DNA of 64,000 nucleotides from Candidatus Eiseniibacteriota bacterium. GTDB lineage: Bacteria; Eisenbacteria; RBG-16-71-46; CAIMUX01; VGJL01. Location of the stretch: positions 64,001 through 128,000 of the forward strand of contig JBHGAY010000012.1 of NCBI GenBank assembly GCA_041946735.1, read 5' to 3'. Shown one piece after another: positions 38,462 through 48,575 of this stretch (positions within the stretch are counted from its first letter, which is position 1; each line of letters starts with the position of its first letter). The position numbers were made by a program, and so were the translations under genes. A model generated the notes under the pieces. That model was given only the letters and a program-made list of their open reading frames with translations. It ran no database searches and was not told the DNA's origin.

Positions 38462-40634
38462 TCGCCTCCGCTTCCTGACCGTCGCGATCCTCGCCGGGGT
38501 CGCGATCGTCTGGCTGCGGGCAGGCTGGTTGACGCTCGTCCGCCACGACGAGCTCCTCCACCTCGCCCACCGGCAGCAGACCGACATCCTGAAGATCCCC
38601 GCGCTTCGCGGCCCGATCCTCGACCGGGCGGGCGAGCGCCTCGCGTTCTCCGTCGAGGGAAGCTCGCTCGCCGTCGATCCCGCCGCTCTCGAACAGCCGG
38701 AGAGCCTCGCCGTCGCGATGGAGCGCGCGGGCCTGCTCCCTGCCACGAAGGTGCGCGAGATCCTCGCGGCGGGTGCCGGCAAGAGGTTCGTCTGGCTGAC
38801 GCGCCGGACACTGCCGGAGGCGGTCGCGCGGGACCTGGAGGAGAGGTTCGGGCCTGCGCTGATCCGGCTTCCCGAGCCCAAGCGCCTCTACCCGCTCGGA
38901 CCGGCCGCCGCCCCTCTGCTCGGCGCCACCGGTATCGACGGTCTGGGGCTCTTCGGTCTCGAGGGTCGCTACGAGGGCAGCCTTCGCGGCGAGGATGGCC
39001 GGATGCTCGACTTCCTGTCGGGGCATCGCAGCCTTCACGAGGGACCCGGGCGGGTGATCCTGCAGTCTCCCCGGATCGGCTCGACCGTCGAACTCACGAT
39101 CGACGGGCGCTTCCAGCAGATCGTCGAGGCGCGGCTGCGCGAGGCGGTGGAGGAGCAGCAAGCGCGCGGCGGAACCGCGCTGCTTCTCGACCCGAAGACC
39201 GGCGAGATCCTCGCGATCGCCTCGATGCCCGGCTTCGATCCGGAACGGATCGACCCGGCGGACTCCCTCGCACTCGGTATCTGGGCGGTCACGCAGAACT
39301 ACGAGCCCGGGTCGACGTACAAGATCGTCGCCTTCGCCGCCGCGCTCGAAGCGGGCGCCATCCACCGGGAGGATCCGATCGACTGCTGCGGCGGCAAGCG
39401 GCGCGTCCCCGGCGGGATCGTGAGCGATCACGAGGGGTACGGCGTGATTCCCGCGCGCATGGTGCTCGCGCATTCGAGCAACATCGGCACCGGCAGGGTC
39501 GCGGAAAGGGTCGGCGGCGAAGCTTTCTACCGGATGGAGCGCCTCCTCGGCTTCGGAGTCCCGACAGGAATCGAGATTCCAGGGGAGGAGAGGGGCCGGA
39601 TCACCGATCCGGGCGCGTGGTCCGCCCGTTCGTTGATCACGCAGGCTTTCGGCCAGGAGATCTCCTGCACCGCGCTGCAACTCGCGATGGCGTATGCGGC
39701 AGTGGCGAACGGAGGACTTCTCGTGCGACCCTACGTGGTGCGGGCCGTGCGCGCCCCGGACGGCCGCGTCCTCCAAGAGCACCAGCCGGAGATCCTGCGC
39801 CGCGCGATGCGGCCGGAGACCGCGCGAGAGTTGCGCGAGATGCTCCGTGGAGTCGTGACCGAGGGGACGGGAAGGAAAGCGGAGGTGGAGGGGCTGTTTC
39901 CCGCGGGGAAGACCGGTACCGCGCAAAAGTACATTCCCGAGGAAGGGATCTATTCGAATCAGCGCTACATCGCCTCCTTCGCCGGCTTCGCGCCGTACGA
40001 CGCTCCGCGATGGCTTTGCCTCGTCGTCCTCGACGAGCCGCGCGGCTCCATCTGGGGAGGGAGCGTCTCCGCGCCCGTGTTTGCTCGGATCCTCGAAGAT
40101 GTCTCGAGGCTGGACGACCGCCCGACCGAGGCCCCGCCGGAGAGCGTGCGCGAAATCGTCGACGAGGAGCCGATGCGGCCGGTCGTCCCGGTGACCGCGG
40201 GGCTCTCCCCTGCGTTCGCCGGCCGGCTCATTCGCGAGAAGGGGTTCGCGACGAAGTTCGCCGGTCAAGGAAGCCGCGTCCTCGAGTCGCGGCCTGCCGC
40301 CGGCGCGGTGTGCGGCGCTGGAGCGACCGTCACCCTCGTGCTCGGCGATCTTCCGGATTCGCTCGGAACGGGCGAAGGCCTTCCGGACTTCGCCGGTCTC
40401 TCGCTCCGCGACGCGATGACGCGAGCCCGCTGGTGCGACCTTGCCGTCACGCCGCGGGGCTCGGGCTGGGTCGTCGCGCAGGATCCGCCGCCCGGCACTC
40501 CGTTCTCGCCCGGCAGCCCGCTCGTCTTGGACCTCTCGCCCGACTCCTGCCGCGCCTGGGCCGTCTTCGACCAAGAGCGCAAGGAGATGACGGACGACCG
40601 TCTCGCGTGGGGAACGTCCGAGGCGTCGCGATGA
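38442..40634 (+). CDS. ftsI: Class B penicillin-binding protein (PBP3) with PASTA domains
   Basis: RG.ILDR; YEPGSTYK (SxxK); SSN; KTGT; two C-terminal PASTA-like repeats. Confidence 0.93.
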   Translation: MGRGRADRLRFLTVAILAGVAIVWLRAGWLTLVRHDELLHLAHRQQTDILKIPALRGPILDRAGERLAFSVEGSSLAVDPAALEQPESLAVAMERAGLLPATKVREILAAGAGKRFVWLTRRTLPEAVARDLEERFGPALIRLPEPKRLYPLGPAAAPLLGATGIDGLGLFGLEGRYEGSLRGEDGRMLDFLSGHRSLHEGPGRVILQSPRIGSTVELTIDGRFQQIVEARLREAVEEQQARGGTALLLDPKTGEILAIASMPGFDPERIDPADSLALGIWAVTQNYEPGSTYKIVAFAAALEAGAIHREDPIDCCGGKRRVPGGIVSDHEGYGVIPARMVLAHSSNIGTGRVAERVGGEAFYRMERLLGFGVPTGIEIPGEERGRITDPGAWSARSLITQAFGQEISCTALQLAMAYAAVANGGLLVRPYVVRAVRAPDGRVLQEHQPEILRRAMRPETARELREMLRGVVTEGTGRKAEVEGLFPAGKTGTAQKYIPEEGIYSNQRYIASFAGFAPYDAPRWLCLVVLDEPRGSIWGGSVSAPVFARILEDVSRLDDRPTEAPPESVREIVDEEPMRPVVPVTAGLSPAFAGRLIREKGFATKFAGQGSRVLESRPAAGAVCGAGATVTLVLGDLPDSLGTGEGLPDFAGLSLRDAMTRARWCDLAVTPRGSGWVVAQDPPPGTPFSPGSPLVLDLSPDSCRAWAVFDQERKEMTDDRLAWGTSEASR

Positions 40635-42133
40635 TCCGCTTCGAGGAGGTGCCCGCGCTCCTCGCGGATCTCCTCGAGCGGCCGCTCCCGCCCGGCTGGC
40701 CGCGCGGCGAAGTGGGCTCGGTCGAGCAGGACAGCCGGCGCATCCGCCCGCCCGGTCTCTTCGTCTGCGTCGCCGGCACGCATGAGGACGGCCGGCGCTT
40801 TCTCGATGACGCGGCGCGTCGCGGCGCCGCCGCGGCGATCGGCCCCGCGACGGAAGTGGAAGAAGCGGCGCCGCCGGTCCCCTACGCCGCCGTGCGCGAT
40901 CCGCGCCGAGCGTCGGCGATCCTCTCCGCGCGGCACCACGGCGATCCGTCCCACTTCCTCGATCTGATCGGGATCACGGGGACCAACGGCAAGACGACGA
41001 CGAGCTGGCTCCTGCAGGCGATCTGGGAGGGATGCGGCCTTCCGGCGGCCGTGTCCGGGACTCTCGGCGCCGGGCGCCCGGGGGCGCTGCGCGCGGCGAC
41101 CCACACGACTCCCGAGGCGCCACGATTCCAGGCCTCCCTCCGCGAGCTTCTCGCGGAGGGATACCGCGCGGTCGCTGCCGAGGTCTCCTCGCACGCGCTC
41201 GATCAGGATCGCGTCTACGCGACGCGCTTCCGGGCGGCCGTCTTCACGAACCTCACGCGCGACCATCTCGACTACCACGGGACGCTGGATGCCTACGCCG
41301 CCGCGAAGGCGAAGCTCTTCCATCCCGAGGGGCGCGGCGACGCCTCTCCCTGCATCGCGGTGATGAACCTGGACGATGCCGCCTCGTCGAAGCTCCGCGC
41401 GGGCAGCCCGGACCCGCTTTTCGGCTATGGGACAAGGCCGGCCTGCGCGATCCGGCTCGAGTCGCTCGAGGCGACACCCGAGGGGCTGCGGCTGCGCGTG
41501 CTCACGCCGCGCGGCGCGCGAACCGTCCGTTCCCCGCTGATCGGGACGTTCAACGGCTGGAACCTGCTCGCCGCCTACGCCACCGCCTGGGCGTGCGGGC
41601 TGCCGCCCGACGCGGTCGAGGAGCGCCTCGCGCGCGGCGTCCGCGTCCCGGGAAGGATGGAGCGGATCGAGCGCGGGCAGCCGTTCCTCGTGGTCGTCGA
41701 CTACGCGCATACCCCCGATGCGCTGGCGCGGGCGATCGAGGCGTTGCGGCCGCAGACGAGGGGACGTCTGACCGTCCTGTTCGGTTGCGGGGGCGACCGC
41801 GATCATGGCAAGCGCCCCGAGATGGGGAGGATCGCCGCGGAGAGGGCAGACCGCGTGATCGTGACGAGCGACAACCCGCGCAGCGAGGACCCGCGCTCGA
41901 TCCTCGAGGCGATCGTGGAAGGGGTGCGGGAGGCGGGCCGCGAGCCCGACCTCGTCACGCTCGATCGCGAGGAGGCGATCTTCGCGGCGGTCGCGGGGGC
42001 GGGGAGCCAGGACGCGTTGCTCATCGCGGGGAAGGGACACGAGGACTACCAGGAGACGGCACAGGGAAAGCGCCCGTTCGACGACCGCGAGGTAGCGGCT
42101 CGCGCCCTCGCGTCGCAAGGATGGGGACCGTGA
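40631..42133 (+). CDS. murE: UDP-MurNAc-tripeptide synthetase (meso-DAP type)
   Basis: GITGTNGKTT; EVSSH; DYAHTPD; DNPR. Confidence 0.95.
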   Translation: MIRFEEVPALLADLLERPLPPGWPRGEVGSVEQDSRRIRPPGLFVCVAGTHEDGRRFLDDAARRGAAAAIGPATEVEEAAPPVPYAAVRDPRRASAILSARHHGDPSHFLDLIGITGTNGKTTTSWLLQAIWEGCGLPAAVSGTLGAGRPGALRAATHTTPEAPRFQASLRELLAEGYRAVAAEVSSHALDQDRVYATRFRAAVFTNLTRDHLDYHGTLDAYAAAKAKLFHPEGRGDASPCIAVMNLDDAASSKLRAGSPDPLFGYGTRPACAIRLESLEATPEGLRLRVLTPRGARTVRSPLIGTFNGWNLLAAYATAWACGLPPDAVEERLARGVRVPGRMERIERGQPFLVVVDYAHTPDALARAIEALRPQTRGRLTVLFGCGGDRDHGKRPEMGRIAAERADRVIVTSDNPRSEDPRSILEAIVEGVREAGREPDLVTLDREEAIFAAVAGAGSQDALLIAGKGHEDYQETAQGKRPFDDREVAARALASQGWGP

Positions 42134-43557
42134 ACGGCTGGACGCTCCGATCGATCGCGCAGCTCTGCGAGGGGAGGCTCGCGAACGCCGCCGATCCGGA
42201 CCTGGTCGTCCCGCCCGGCGCCGTCTCCTTCGACTCCCGTTCGATCCGCCCGGGGGAGCTGTTCGTCGCGCTGCGCGGAGCGCGCGACGGCCACGAGTTC
42301 GTGCCCGCGGCGGCGCGGGCCGGCGCGGCCGGCGCGATCGTCGCGGAGGACTACGACGCCTCCGCGATCGGCGCGGGCCGCGACGATGCCTCGGCGACTC
42401 CAGCGGCCGGCTTCGCGCTGATCCGCGTCCCCGATCCTCTCGCGGCGCTCCACCTCTGGGCGGGGCGCCACCGGCGGGCGATGCCGGCGGTCGTGATCGC
42501 CGTGACCGGATCGTCCGGCAAGACGACCACGAAGGACCGCCTGGGCGAGATCCTCGCGGCGAATGCGCCGACCATGCGGACCGAAGGGAACTGGAACAAT
42601 CACATCGGCGTCCCCCTCACCCTCCTCCACCTGCGTCCGGAGCATCGCTGGGGGATCGTCGAGATCGCGATGAACCATCCGGGGGAGATCGCCCCGCTGG
42701 CCCGCCTCGCCGCTCCCGACCATGTGCTGCTGACCACGGTGGGATGGGCCCACATCGGCGCCTTCGGGACGCGCGAAGCGATCCTCGAGGAGAAGCTCGA
42801 TGCCGCGCGCGCTCTCGGTGCCCGCGGCCTCTTCTTCCACGAAGCGGACCCCTGGCTGCTCGAGCGACTCCCCGCGCCGCTGCGCGACCGCCCGCGGCGG
42901 ACCTTCGGCCTCGCGCCCGGCGCCGATCTCCATCCCGAGGCGGTCGAGTACGGTTGGGAGGGGACGCGATTCCGCACCCCGTACACGGGACAGGTGCGCC
43001 TCTCCTGCCCGGGACGCGGGGCGCTGCAGGCCGCGATCGCCGCCTCGCTCGTCGCCCGCGAGCTCTCGATCGAGGGATCGACGGCGCGCGCGAGCCTCGA
43101 GGCGGCGCGCCCGCGCGCGCTGCGGATGGAGCCGCGGGCGATGGGTGGCGCCATCGCGATCCTCGATTGCTACAACGCGAGCCCGGAGTCCAGCCTCGCG
43201 GCCGTCTCCTTCCTGGCGGAGACGCCGGGGGCGCGGCGGCGCTGGCTCGCGTTCGGCGAGATGCGGGAGCTGGGGGCCAGCTCCGAGGAGAGCCACCGCC
43301 AGGTCGGCGAGAGAGCGGCTGCTGGCGTCGACGGCGCCTTCTTCTTCGGCGAAGGTTGCCGCCCGGCCCGCGAGGCGTATCGTGCGGGATCGCGGCCGGG
43401 GACCTTCGCCGCGCTCTATACGTCCCACGAGGCGCTCGCCGCGGATCTCGCTCCGAGGATCGAGCCGGGGGACCGCGTCCTGTTCAAGGGGGCGCGCGCG
43501 ACGGCGATGGAGACGGTCTACGAGGCGTGCCGGCGTCGTCTGGAAGGGAGGGGGTAA
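42130..43557 (+). CDS. murF: UDP-MurNAc-pentapeptide synthetase
   Basis: VTGSSGKTTTK; NNHIGVPLT; DCYNASP; GEMRELG. Confidence 0.95.
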   Translation: MNGWTLRSIAQLCEGRLANAADPDLVVPPGAVSFDSRSIRPGELFVALRGARDGHEFVPAAARAGAAGAIVAEDYDASAIGAGRDDASATPAAGFALIRVPDPLAALHLWAGRHRRAMPAVVIAVTGSSGKTTTKDRLGEILAANAPTMRTEGNWNNHIGVPLTLLHLRPEHRWGIVEIAMNHPGEIAPLARLAAPDHVLLTTVGWAHIGAFGTREAILEEKLDAARALGARGLFFHEADPWLLERLPAPLRDRPRRTFGLAPGADLHPEAVEYGWEGTRFRTPYTGQVRLSCPGRGALQAAIAASLVARELSIEGSTARASLEAARPRALRMEPRAMGGAIAILDCYNASPESSLAAVSFLAETPGARRRWLAFGEMRELGASSEESHRQVGERAAAGVDGAFFFGEGCRPAREAYRAGSRPGTFAALYTSHEALAADLAPRIEPGDRVLFKGARATAMETVYEACRRRLEGRG

Positions 43558-43560
43558 GGG

Positions 43561-44646
43561 ATGCTGTACGAGCTGCTCTATCCGCTCCGCGACACCTTCT
43601 CCGCGCTGAACGTCTTCCGGTACATCACGTTTCGCACCGCCTACGCGACGATCACCGCGCTGCTGCTCTCCTTCGCGCTCGGTCCCTGGCTGGTCGCGCG
43701 CCTGCGCCGCATGCGCCTGCAGCAGGTGATCCGGGAGGATGGTCCGAGCGCGCATTTCGGCAAGAAGGGGACGCCGACGATGGGCGGCCTCTTGATCCTC
43801 TTCTCGGTGGTCGTGCCGACCCTGCTCTGGGCGAACCTGCACAGCACGCCGGTCTGGATCCTGCTGTTCGTGACGACGTCGCTGGGCCTTCTGGGATTCC
43901 TCGACGACTGGCTCCATGTCGTGCGCAAGGAGAAGAAGGGGCTGCTCGGCCGCTACAAGATTCTCGTGCAGGTCGCCGTCGGGATGGGCGTCGGCCTGCT
44001 GCTCGTCGGAACGAACGTGTACGGTCCCATGACGACGCAGACGACCGTTCCGTTCATCAAGGAGCGGCTGTTCGATCTCGGGCTCCTGTACATTCCTTTC
44101 GTGGTCCTCGTGATCACGGCGACGTCGAATGCGGTGAACCTGGCGGATGGGCTCGACGGCCTCGCGATCGGGATGGTGATGCCGCCGGTGCTCGCCTACG
44201 GCGCCCTCGCATACGTCACCGGCCACGCCGGATTCGCGAAGTACCTGAACATTCCGTATCTCGAGGGATGCGGCGAGCTGACCGTGTACGCGGGCGCGCT
44301 GTTCGGCGCCTGTCTCGGGTTTCTCTGGTACAATGCGCATCCGGCCGAGGTCTTCATGGGCGACACCGGTTCCCTGGCCCTCGGCGGCAGCCTTGGGGCG
44401 ATGTCGATCCTGATCAAGCGGGAGCTGTTGCTCGTGATCGTCGGGGGGCTCTTCGTCCTCGAGACGCTGAGCGTCGTCATCCAGGTGCTGAGCTTCAAGT
44501 GGACGGGGAAGAGGGTGTTTCGGATGGCGCCGCTCCATCATCATTTCGAACTGGCCGGCTGGCCGGAGACCAAGGTGGTCGTGCGCTTCTGGATCGTCTC
44601 GATCCTGCTCGCGCTGGTCACTCTCTCGACGGTGAAGCTGCAGTAG
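43561..44646 (+). CDS. mraY: Phospho-MurNAc-pentapeptide transferase
   Basis: KKGTPTMGG; NAVNLADGLDGL; FMGDTGSL; APLHHHFE. Confidence 0.97.
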   Translation: MLYELLYPLRDTFSALNVFRYITFRTAYATITALLLSFALGPWLVARLRRMRLQQVIREDGPSAHFGKKGTPTMGGLLILFSVVVPTLLWANLHSTPVWILLFVTTSLGLLGFLDDWLHVVRKEKKGLLGRYKILVQVAVGMGVGLLLVGTNVYGPMTTQTTVPFIKERLFDLGLLYIPFVVLVITATSNAVNLADGLDGLAIGMVMPPVLAYGALAYVTGHAGFAKYLNIPYLEGCGELTVYAGALFGACLGFLWYNAHPAEVFMGDTGSLALGGSLGAMSILIKRELLLVIVGGLFVLETLSVVIQVLSFKWTGKRVFRMAPLHHHFELAGWPETKVVVRFWIVSILLALVTLSTVKLQ

Positions 44647-44663
44647 AGGCCGGCGCGCGCGGG

Positions 44664-44705
44664 GCATCGTGCATCGAGCCTCGGGCATCGGGCATCGGGC
44701 ATCGA
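44664..44705. repeat. Six-copy heptamer tandem repeat (GCATCGG-like)
   Basis: GCATCGT GCATCGA GCCTCGG GCATCGG GCATCGG GCATCGA between mraY and murD. Confidence 0.8.
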
Positions 44706-44731
44706 CAGGGCGACAACAGGAGGTGGGGCAC

Positions 44732-46231
44732 TTGGATCGGCGGGGAGATCTCGCGGGGCGGAGGATCGGCATCATCGGGATGGCCCGTTCCGGGCTGGCG
44801 GCGGCGCGTCTGGCGCTGAACGAGGGGGCGGTCCCGTTCGGGTTCGATCTGCGCAGGCCGTCCGGCACGGAGGCGGAGCGGACGGTCCGCGAGCTGGAGG
44901 AGAAAGGGGCCCACTTCTTCTGGGGGCCCCATCCGCTCGACGCCCTCGACCGTCTCGACCGGATCGTCCAGAGCCCGGGGGTGCCGCGAGAGATCGAGTT
45001 CCTCCGCGCGGCCCGCGAGAGGGGGATCCCGATCTGGAGCGAGATCGAGTTCGCATGGCGATTCGCCCGCGGACCGATCCTCGGGATCACCGGCACCAAC
45101 GGCAAGTCGACGACCGCCGCATGGACCGACGACCTGCTCGCTCGATGCGGGCGCGCGCACGCCCTCGTCGGGAACATCGGCCGCCCGATCTCCGACGGCG
45201 TGCTGCGCGAGCCGCCCGGCGCGGTCCTCGTCACCGAGATCTCGAGCTTTCAGCTCGAGGAGATCGAGACATTCCGCCCGCAAGGGGCGGCGCTCCTGAA
45301 CCTGACCCCCGACCATCTCGACCGCCATGGCAGCTTCGAGGCGTACCGCGAGGCGAAGATGCGGATCTTCCTCAACCAGACCGTCGAGCAGTATGCGGTG
45401 ATCGGAGAGGCGGACGACCTGGCCGACGAGGTGGCGCGCCGCTTTCCGCCCCGCATCCTCCGCTTCCGCCTCGAGGACCGGGGGGAGGAGGGGGCGTTCG
45501 TCCGCCAGGGCCGGATCGGCATCCGTCTCGACGGCGCGGAGCGGATGCTGTGCGAGGCCTCGGAACTCTCCCTTCCCGGGCCGCACAACTTGGCGAACGC
45601 GCTCGCGGCGCTGGCGCTGACCGCGCCGCTTCGCCTGCCCGAGGAAGGGCTGCTCGCGTCTCTCCGCCGCTTCCCCGGCCTGCCGCACCGGCTCGAACGG
45701 ATCGCGACGATCGACGGCGTGCCTTACGTCAACGACTCGAAGGCGACGAACACCGATTCGACCGTCACCGCGCTCCATGCCTTCGGCGACACGCCGCTGA
45801 TCCTGCTGGCCGGCGGACGTGACAAGGGGCAGGACTTCCGGCCGATCGCCGCGCTCGTGCGCGAGCGCTGCCGGGCGGTGCTCTTGTTCGGCGAGTCCTC
45901 CGCGTCGATCCGCGAGCAGTGGGGGGCCGATCTGTGCGAGGTGGTGCCGGATCTCGCCGCCGCCCTCGCCCGCGCGCGCGAGATCGTCCGTCCGGGGGAG
46001 ATCGTCCTGCTCTCCCCCGCGTGCGCCAGCTTCGACCAGTTCCGCAACTACGAGGAGCGGGGGGACAGCTTCCGGCGGATCGTGCTCGAGATGGCGAAGG
46101 AAGGCGGGGCCTCGGGAACGCCCGCGCCCGCGCCGGCGGCCCCGCCCGCGCCGGCGCCGCCGCCGCAGTCGCCGCCGCAATCATCGCCGCAGTCGCCGCC
46201 GCCCCCGCGGCGAGACAGGGAGGACCGATGA
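44732..46231 (+). CDS. murD: UDP-MurNAc-L-Ala:D-Glu ligase
   Basis: AGGAGGT RBS before TTG; GMARSG; GITGTNGKST; EISSFQL; NDSKATN; SPACASFD. Confidence 0.95.
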   Translation: MDRRGDLAGRRIGIIGMARSGLAAARLALNEGAVPFGFDLRRPSGTEAERTVRELEEKGAHFFWGPHPLDALDRLDRIVQSPGVPREIEFLRAARERGIPIWSEIEFAWRFARGPILGITGTNGKSTTAAWTDDLLARCGRAHALVGNIGRPISDGVLREPPGAVLVTEISSFQLEEIETFRPQGAALLNLTPDHLDRHGSFEAYREAKMRIFLNQTVEQYAVIGEADDLADEVARRFPPRILRFRLEDRGEEGAFVRQGRIGIRLDGAERMLCEASELSLPGPHNLANALAALALTAPLRLPEEGLLASLRRFPGLPHRLERIATIDGVPYVNDSKATNTDSTVTALHAFGDTPLILLAGGRDKGQDFRPIAALVRERCRAVLLFGESSASIREQWGADLCEVVPDLAAALARAREIVRPGEIVLLSPACASFDQFRNYEERGDSFRRIVLEMAKEGGASGTPAPAPAAPPAPAPPPQSPPQSSPQSPPPPRRDREDR

Positions 46232-47367
46232 GGAACAACGTCGCGCGCGTGTTCCGTCCGGAGCGCTGGTTGCTCGTCTCGGTGCTGATCCTCTGCGCGG
46301 TCGGCCTCGTGATGGTCTACTCCTCGAGCGCGGTCCTCGGAATGGCGCTCGCCCGCTCCTCCGCGCACTTCTTCGAAGGCCAGCTCGTGAAGCTGTTGGG
46401 CGGCCTCGTGCTGCTCGTCGCCTTCTGGCGGCTCGACTACCACTTCCTGTCCGGAAAGATCGCGTGGGTCGGCATCGGCGCCGCCTTCGCCGCGCTCCTC
46501 GCGCTGGCGCTCCATCTCGGCGTCGCCGGCGGCGCGACGGCGGATCGCTGGCTGCGGATCGGCGGCTTCACGCTCCAGCCCTCGGAGTTCGCGCGCGTCG
46601 GGCTCGTCGTCTTCCTCGCCTCGTATCTGAGCCGCAAGGAACCTTCGCTCCCCCTGTCGCGCCGCTTCCTCGTGCCGCTCGCCGTCGCGCTCGGCATCAC
46701 GTTGCTCGTCGCCGCGCAGCCGAACCTGTCGATGGCGCTCCTGATCCTGATGCTGGCCGGAGGGATTTTCTTCCTCGCCGACCTGCCGATCCGCTATCTC
46801 CTCGGCTCGACGCTGATCCCCGGCGCGATCGCGCTGGTCCTGATGCGCCCGTACCAGCGCGAGCGGGTCCTCTCCTTCCTCGGAATCGGAGGCGCGAGCG
46901 AAGCCGGCTACCAGCTCCAGCAGAGCATCACGGCGGTCGGATCCGGGGGGATCGCCGGTCTCGGACTCGGCAACGGCCTGCAGAAATACTTCTACTTGCC
47001 CTTTCCGCACACCGACTTCATTCTCGGCATCGTCGGAGAGGAGACCGGGCTCATCGGGATCACCGTTCTGCTCGTTCTCTACGTCTCCCTGATCGTGATG
47101 GGGATCGATGCGGCTCGTCGCGCTCCCGACCGTTTCGGCCACCTTCTTGCGGCGGGCTTGACCTGGAATCTCGCAATGAACGTTCTGGTGCACGCGATGG
47201 TGAACCTCGGCATGGGTCCGGTGACGGGCGTCCCGCTTCCGTTCCTGAGCTGCGGCGGATCGGCCCTGATGGCGAACCTGCTCGCCGTCGGGATTTTGCT
47301 GTCCGTCGCGCGCCATGCCACCGTGTCGCGCTCCGATGATTGGTCCTCGTGGGGACGCCGTTCATGA
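46228..47367 (+). CDS. ftsW: SEDS peptidoglycan polymerase
   Basis: MVYSSS; RWL..; QPSEFA; LP.PHTDFI...GEE; G.PLPFLS. Confidence 0.93.
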   Translation: MRNNVARVFRPERWLLVSVLILCAVGLVMVYSSSAVLGMALARSSAHFFEGQLVKLLGGLVLLVAFWRLDYHFLSGKIAWVGIGAAFAALLALALHLGVAGGATADRWLRIGGFTLQPSEFARVGLVVFLASYLSRKEPSLPLSRRFLVPLAVALGITLLVAAQPNLSMALLILMLAGGIFFLADLPIRYLLGSTLIPGAIALVLMRPYQRERVLSFLGIGGASEAGYQLQQSITAVGSGGIAGLGLGNGLQKYFYLPFPHTDFILGIVGEETGLIGITVLLVLYVSLIVMGIDAARRAPDRFGHLLAAGLTWNLAMNVLVHAMVNLGMGPVTGVPLPFLSCGGSALMANLLAVGILLSVARHATVSRSDDWSSWGRRS

Positions 47368-48575
47368 AGGTGATCCTGACCGGCGGCGGAACGGGCGGAC
47401 ACCTCTTCCCCGCCTTGGCGATCGCAGAGTCCCTCCGGAAGAGGGACCCGCGCGTGGAGCTTCTGTTCCTCGGCTCCCAGCGGGGGCTCGAAGCGACGGC
47501 GGTGCCGCAGGCCGATCTGCCGTTCGAAGGACTGCCGGCCATGCCGCTGCCGCGGCGCTTCTCGCCGCGTCTCTTCCGGGCCGGGATCGCCGACTTCCGC
47601 GCCGTGCTCGCCGCGCGCGCCGCGCTGCGCCGCTTTCGGCCCGACGTCATCTTCGCCACCGGCGGGTTCGCCTCCGCCCCGGTCCTCGCGGCCGCATGGA
47701 TGGAGAAGACGCCGGTCCTGCTGCACGAGCAGAACGCCGTGCCCGGGCTCACCAACCGGATCGCGAGCCGCTTCGCCCGCGAAGTCCACCTGACGTTCAG
47801 CGCTTCCCGCCGCTACTTCCCGAGGCGTGACAACCTCCGCCTCTCGGGAATGCCGCTTCGCGAGGGGATCGTCGGCGGCAGCCGCAACAAGGCGCTTCGC
47901 CTCTTCCGGCTCGAGGAGGGACGGACGACGATCCTCGTCTTCGGCGGGAGCCAGGGAGCCCACCACATCAACGAGGCGATCCTCGACGCGCTTCCCCGCT
48001 TCGCGAACCAGCGCGGGATCCAGTTCATCCTGCAGGCGGGGCAGAAGGACTACGCGTGGATGCTCGAGCGCTGCCGGGCGATTCCGGTCCGGACGTGGGT
48101 GCGCCCGTTCATCCAGAACATGGGAGAGGCGTACGCGATCGCCGACCTCGTCGTCTGCCGCGCCGGCGCGCTCACGCTCGCCGAGCTGCACGCGACCGGC
48201 AAGCCGGCGATCCTCGTCCCCTACCCCTATGCCACGGCCGACCATCAGACGCAGAACGCGGAAGGATCGGTCGAGGCGGGCGCCGCCGTCATGATTCCCG
48301 ACGCGCAGCTCGACGGACCGGCCCTCGCCTCTCGCATCCTCGATCTGATCGAGGACCGCCGCGAGTTGCGCCGCATGTCGATCCAGGCGATGCGGCTCGC
48401 CCGTCCCGACGCCGCCGATCGGATCGTCCGCGCGATCCTTCGCTATCCGGAGGCAGCCGACGGGACGGAGGGAGAGCCCGAGCCGCACCCGCGCGCGGCT
48501 TCCGCCGAGAGACCGGTCCGCCGCAGGCGCGGCGGAGCGAGGAGGGGAGGCGATGTCGCCCGGCAAGGTGCGTAG
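47364..48575 (+). CDS. murG: Lipid II GlcNAc transferase
   Basis: GGGTGGH; HEQNA.PG; GGSQGA; CRAGA.T; HQ..NA. Confidence 0.96.
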   Translation: MKVILTGGGTGGHLFPALAIAESLRKRDPRVELLFLGSQRGLEATAVPQADLPFEGLPAMPLPRRFSPRLFRAGIADFRAVLAARAALRRFRPDVIFATGGFASAPVLAAAWMEKTPVLLHEQNAVPGLTNRIASRFAREVHLTFSASRRYFPRRDNLRLSGMPLREGIVGGSRNKALRLFRLEEGRTTILVFGGSQGAHHINEAILDALPRFANQRGIQFILQAGQKDYAWMLERCRAIPVRTWVRPFIQNMGEAYAIADLVVCRAGALTLAELHATGKPAILVPYPYATADHQTQNAEGSVEAGAAVMIPDAQLDGPALASRILDLIEDRRELRRMSIQAMRLARPDAADRIVRAILRYPEAADGTEGEPEPHPRAASAERPVRRRRGGARRGGDVARQGA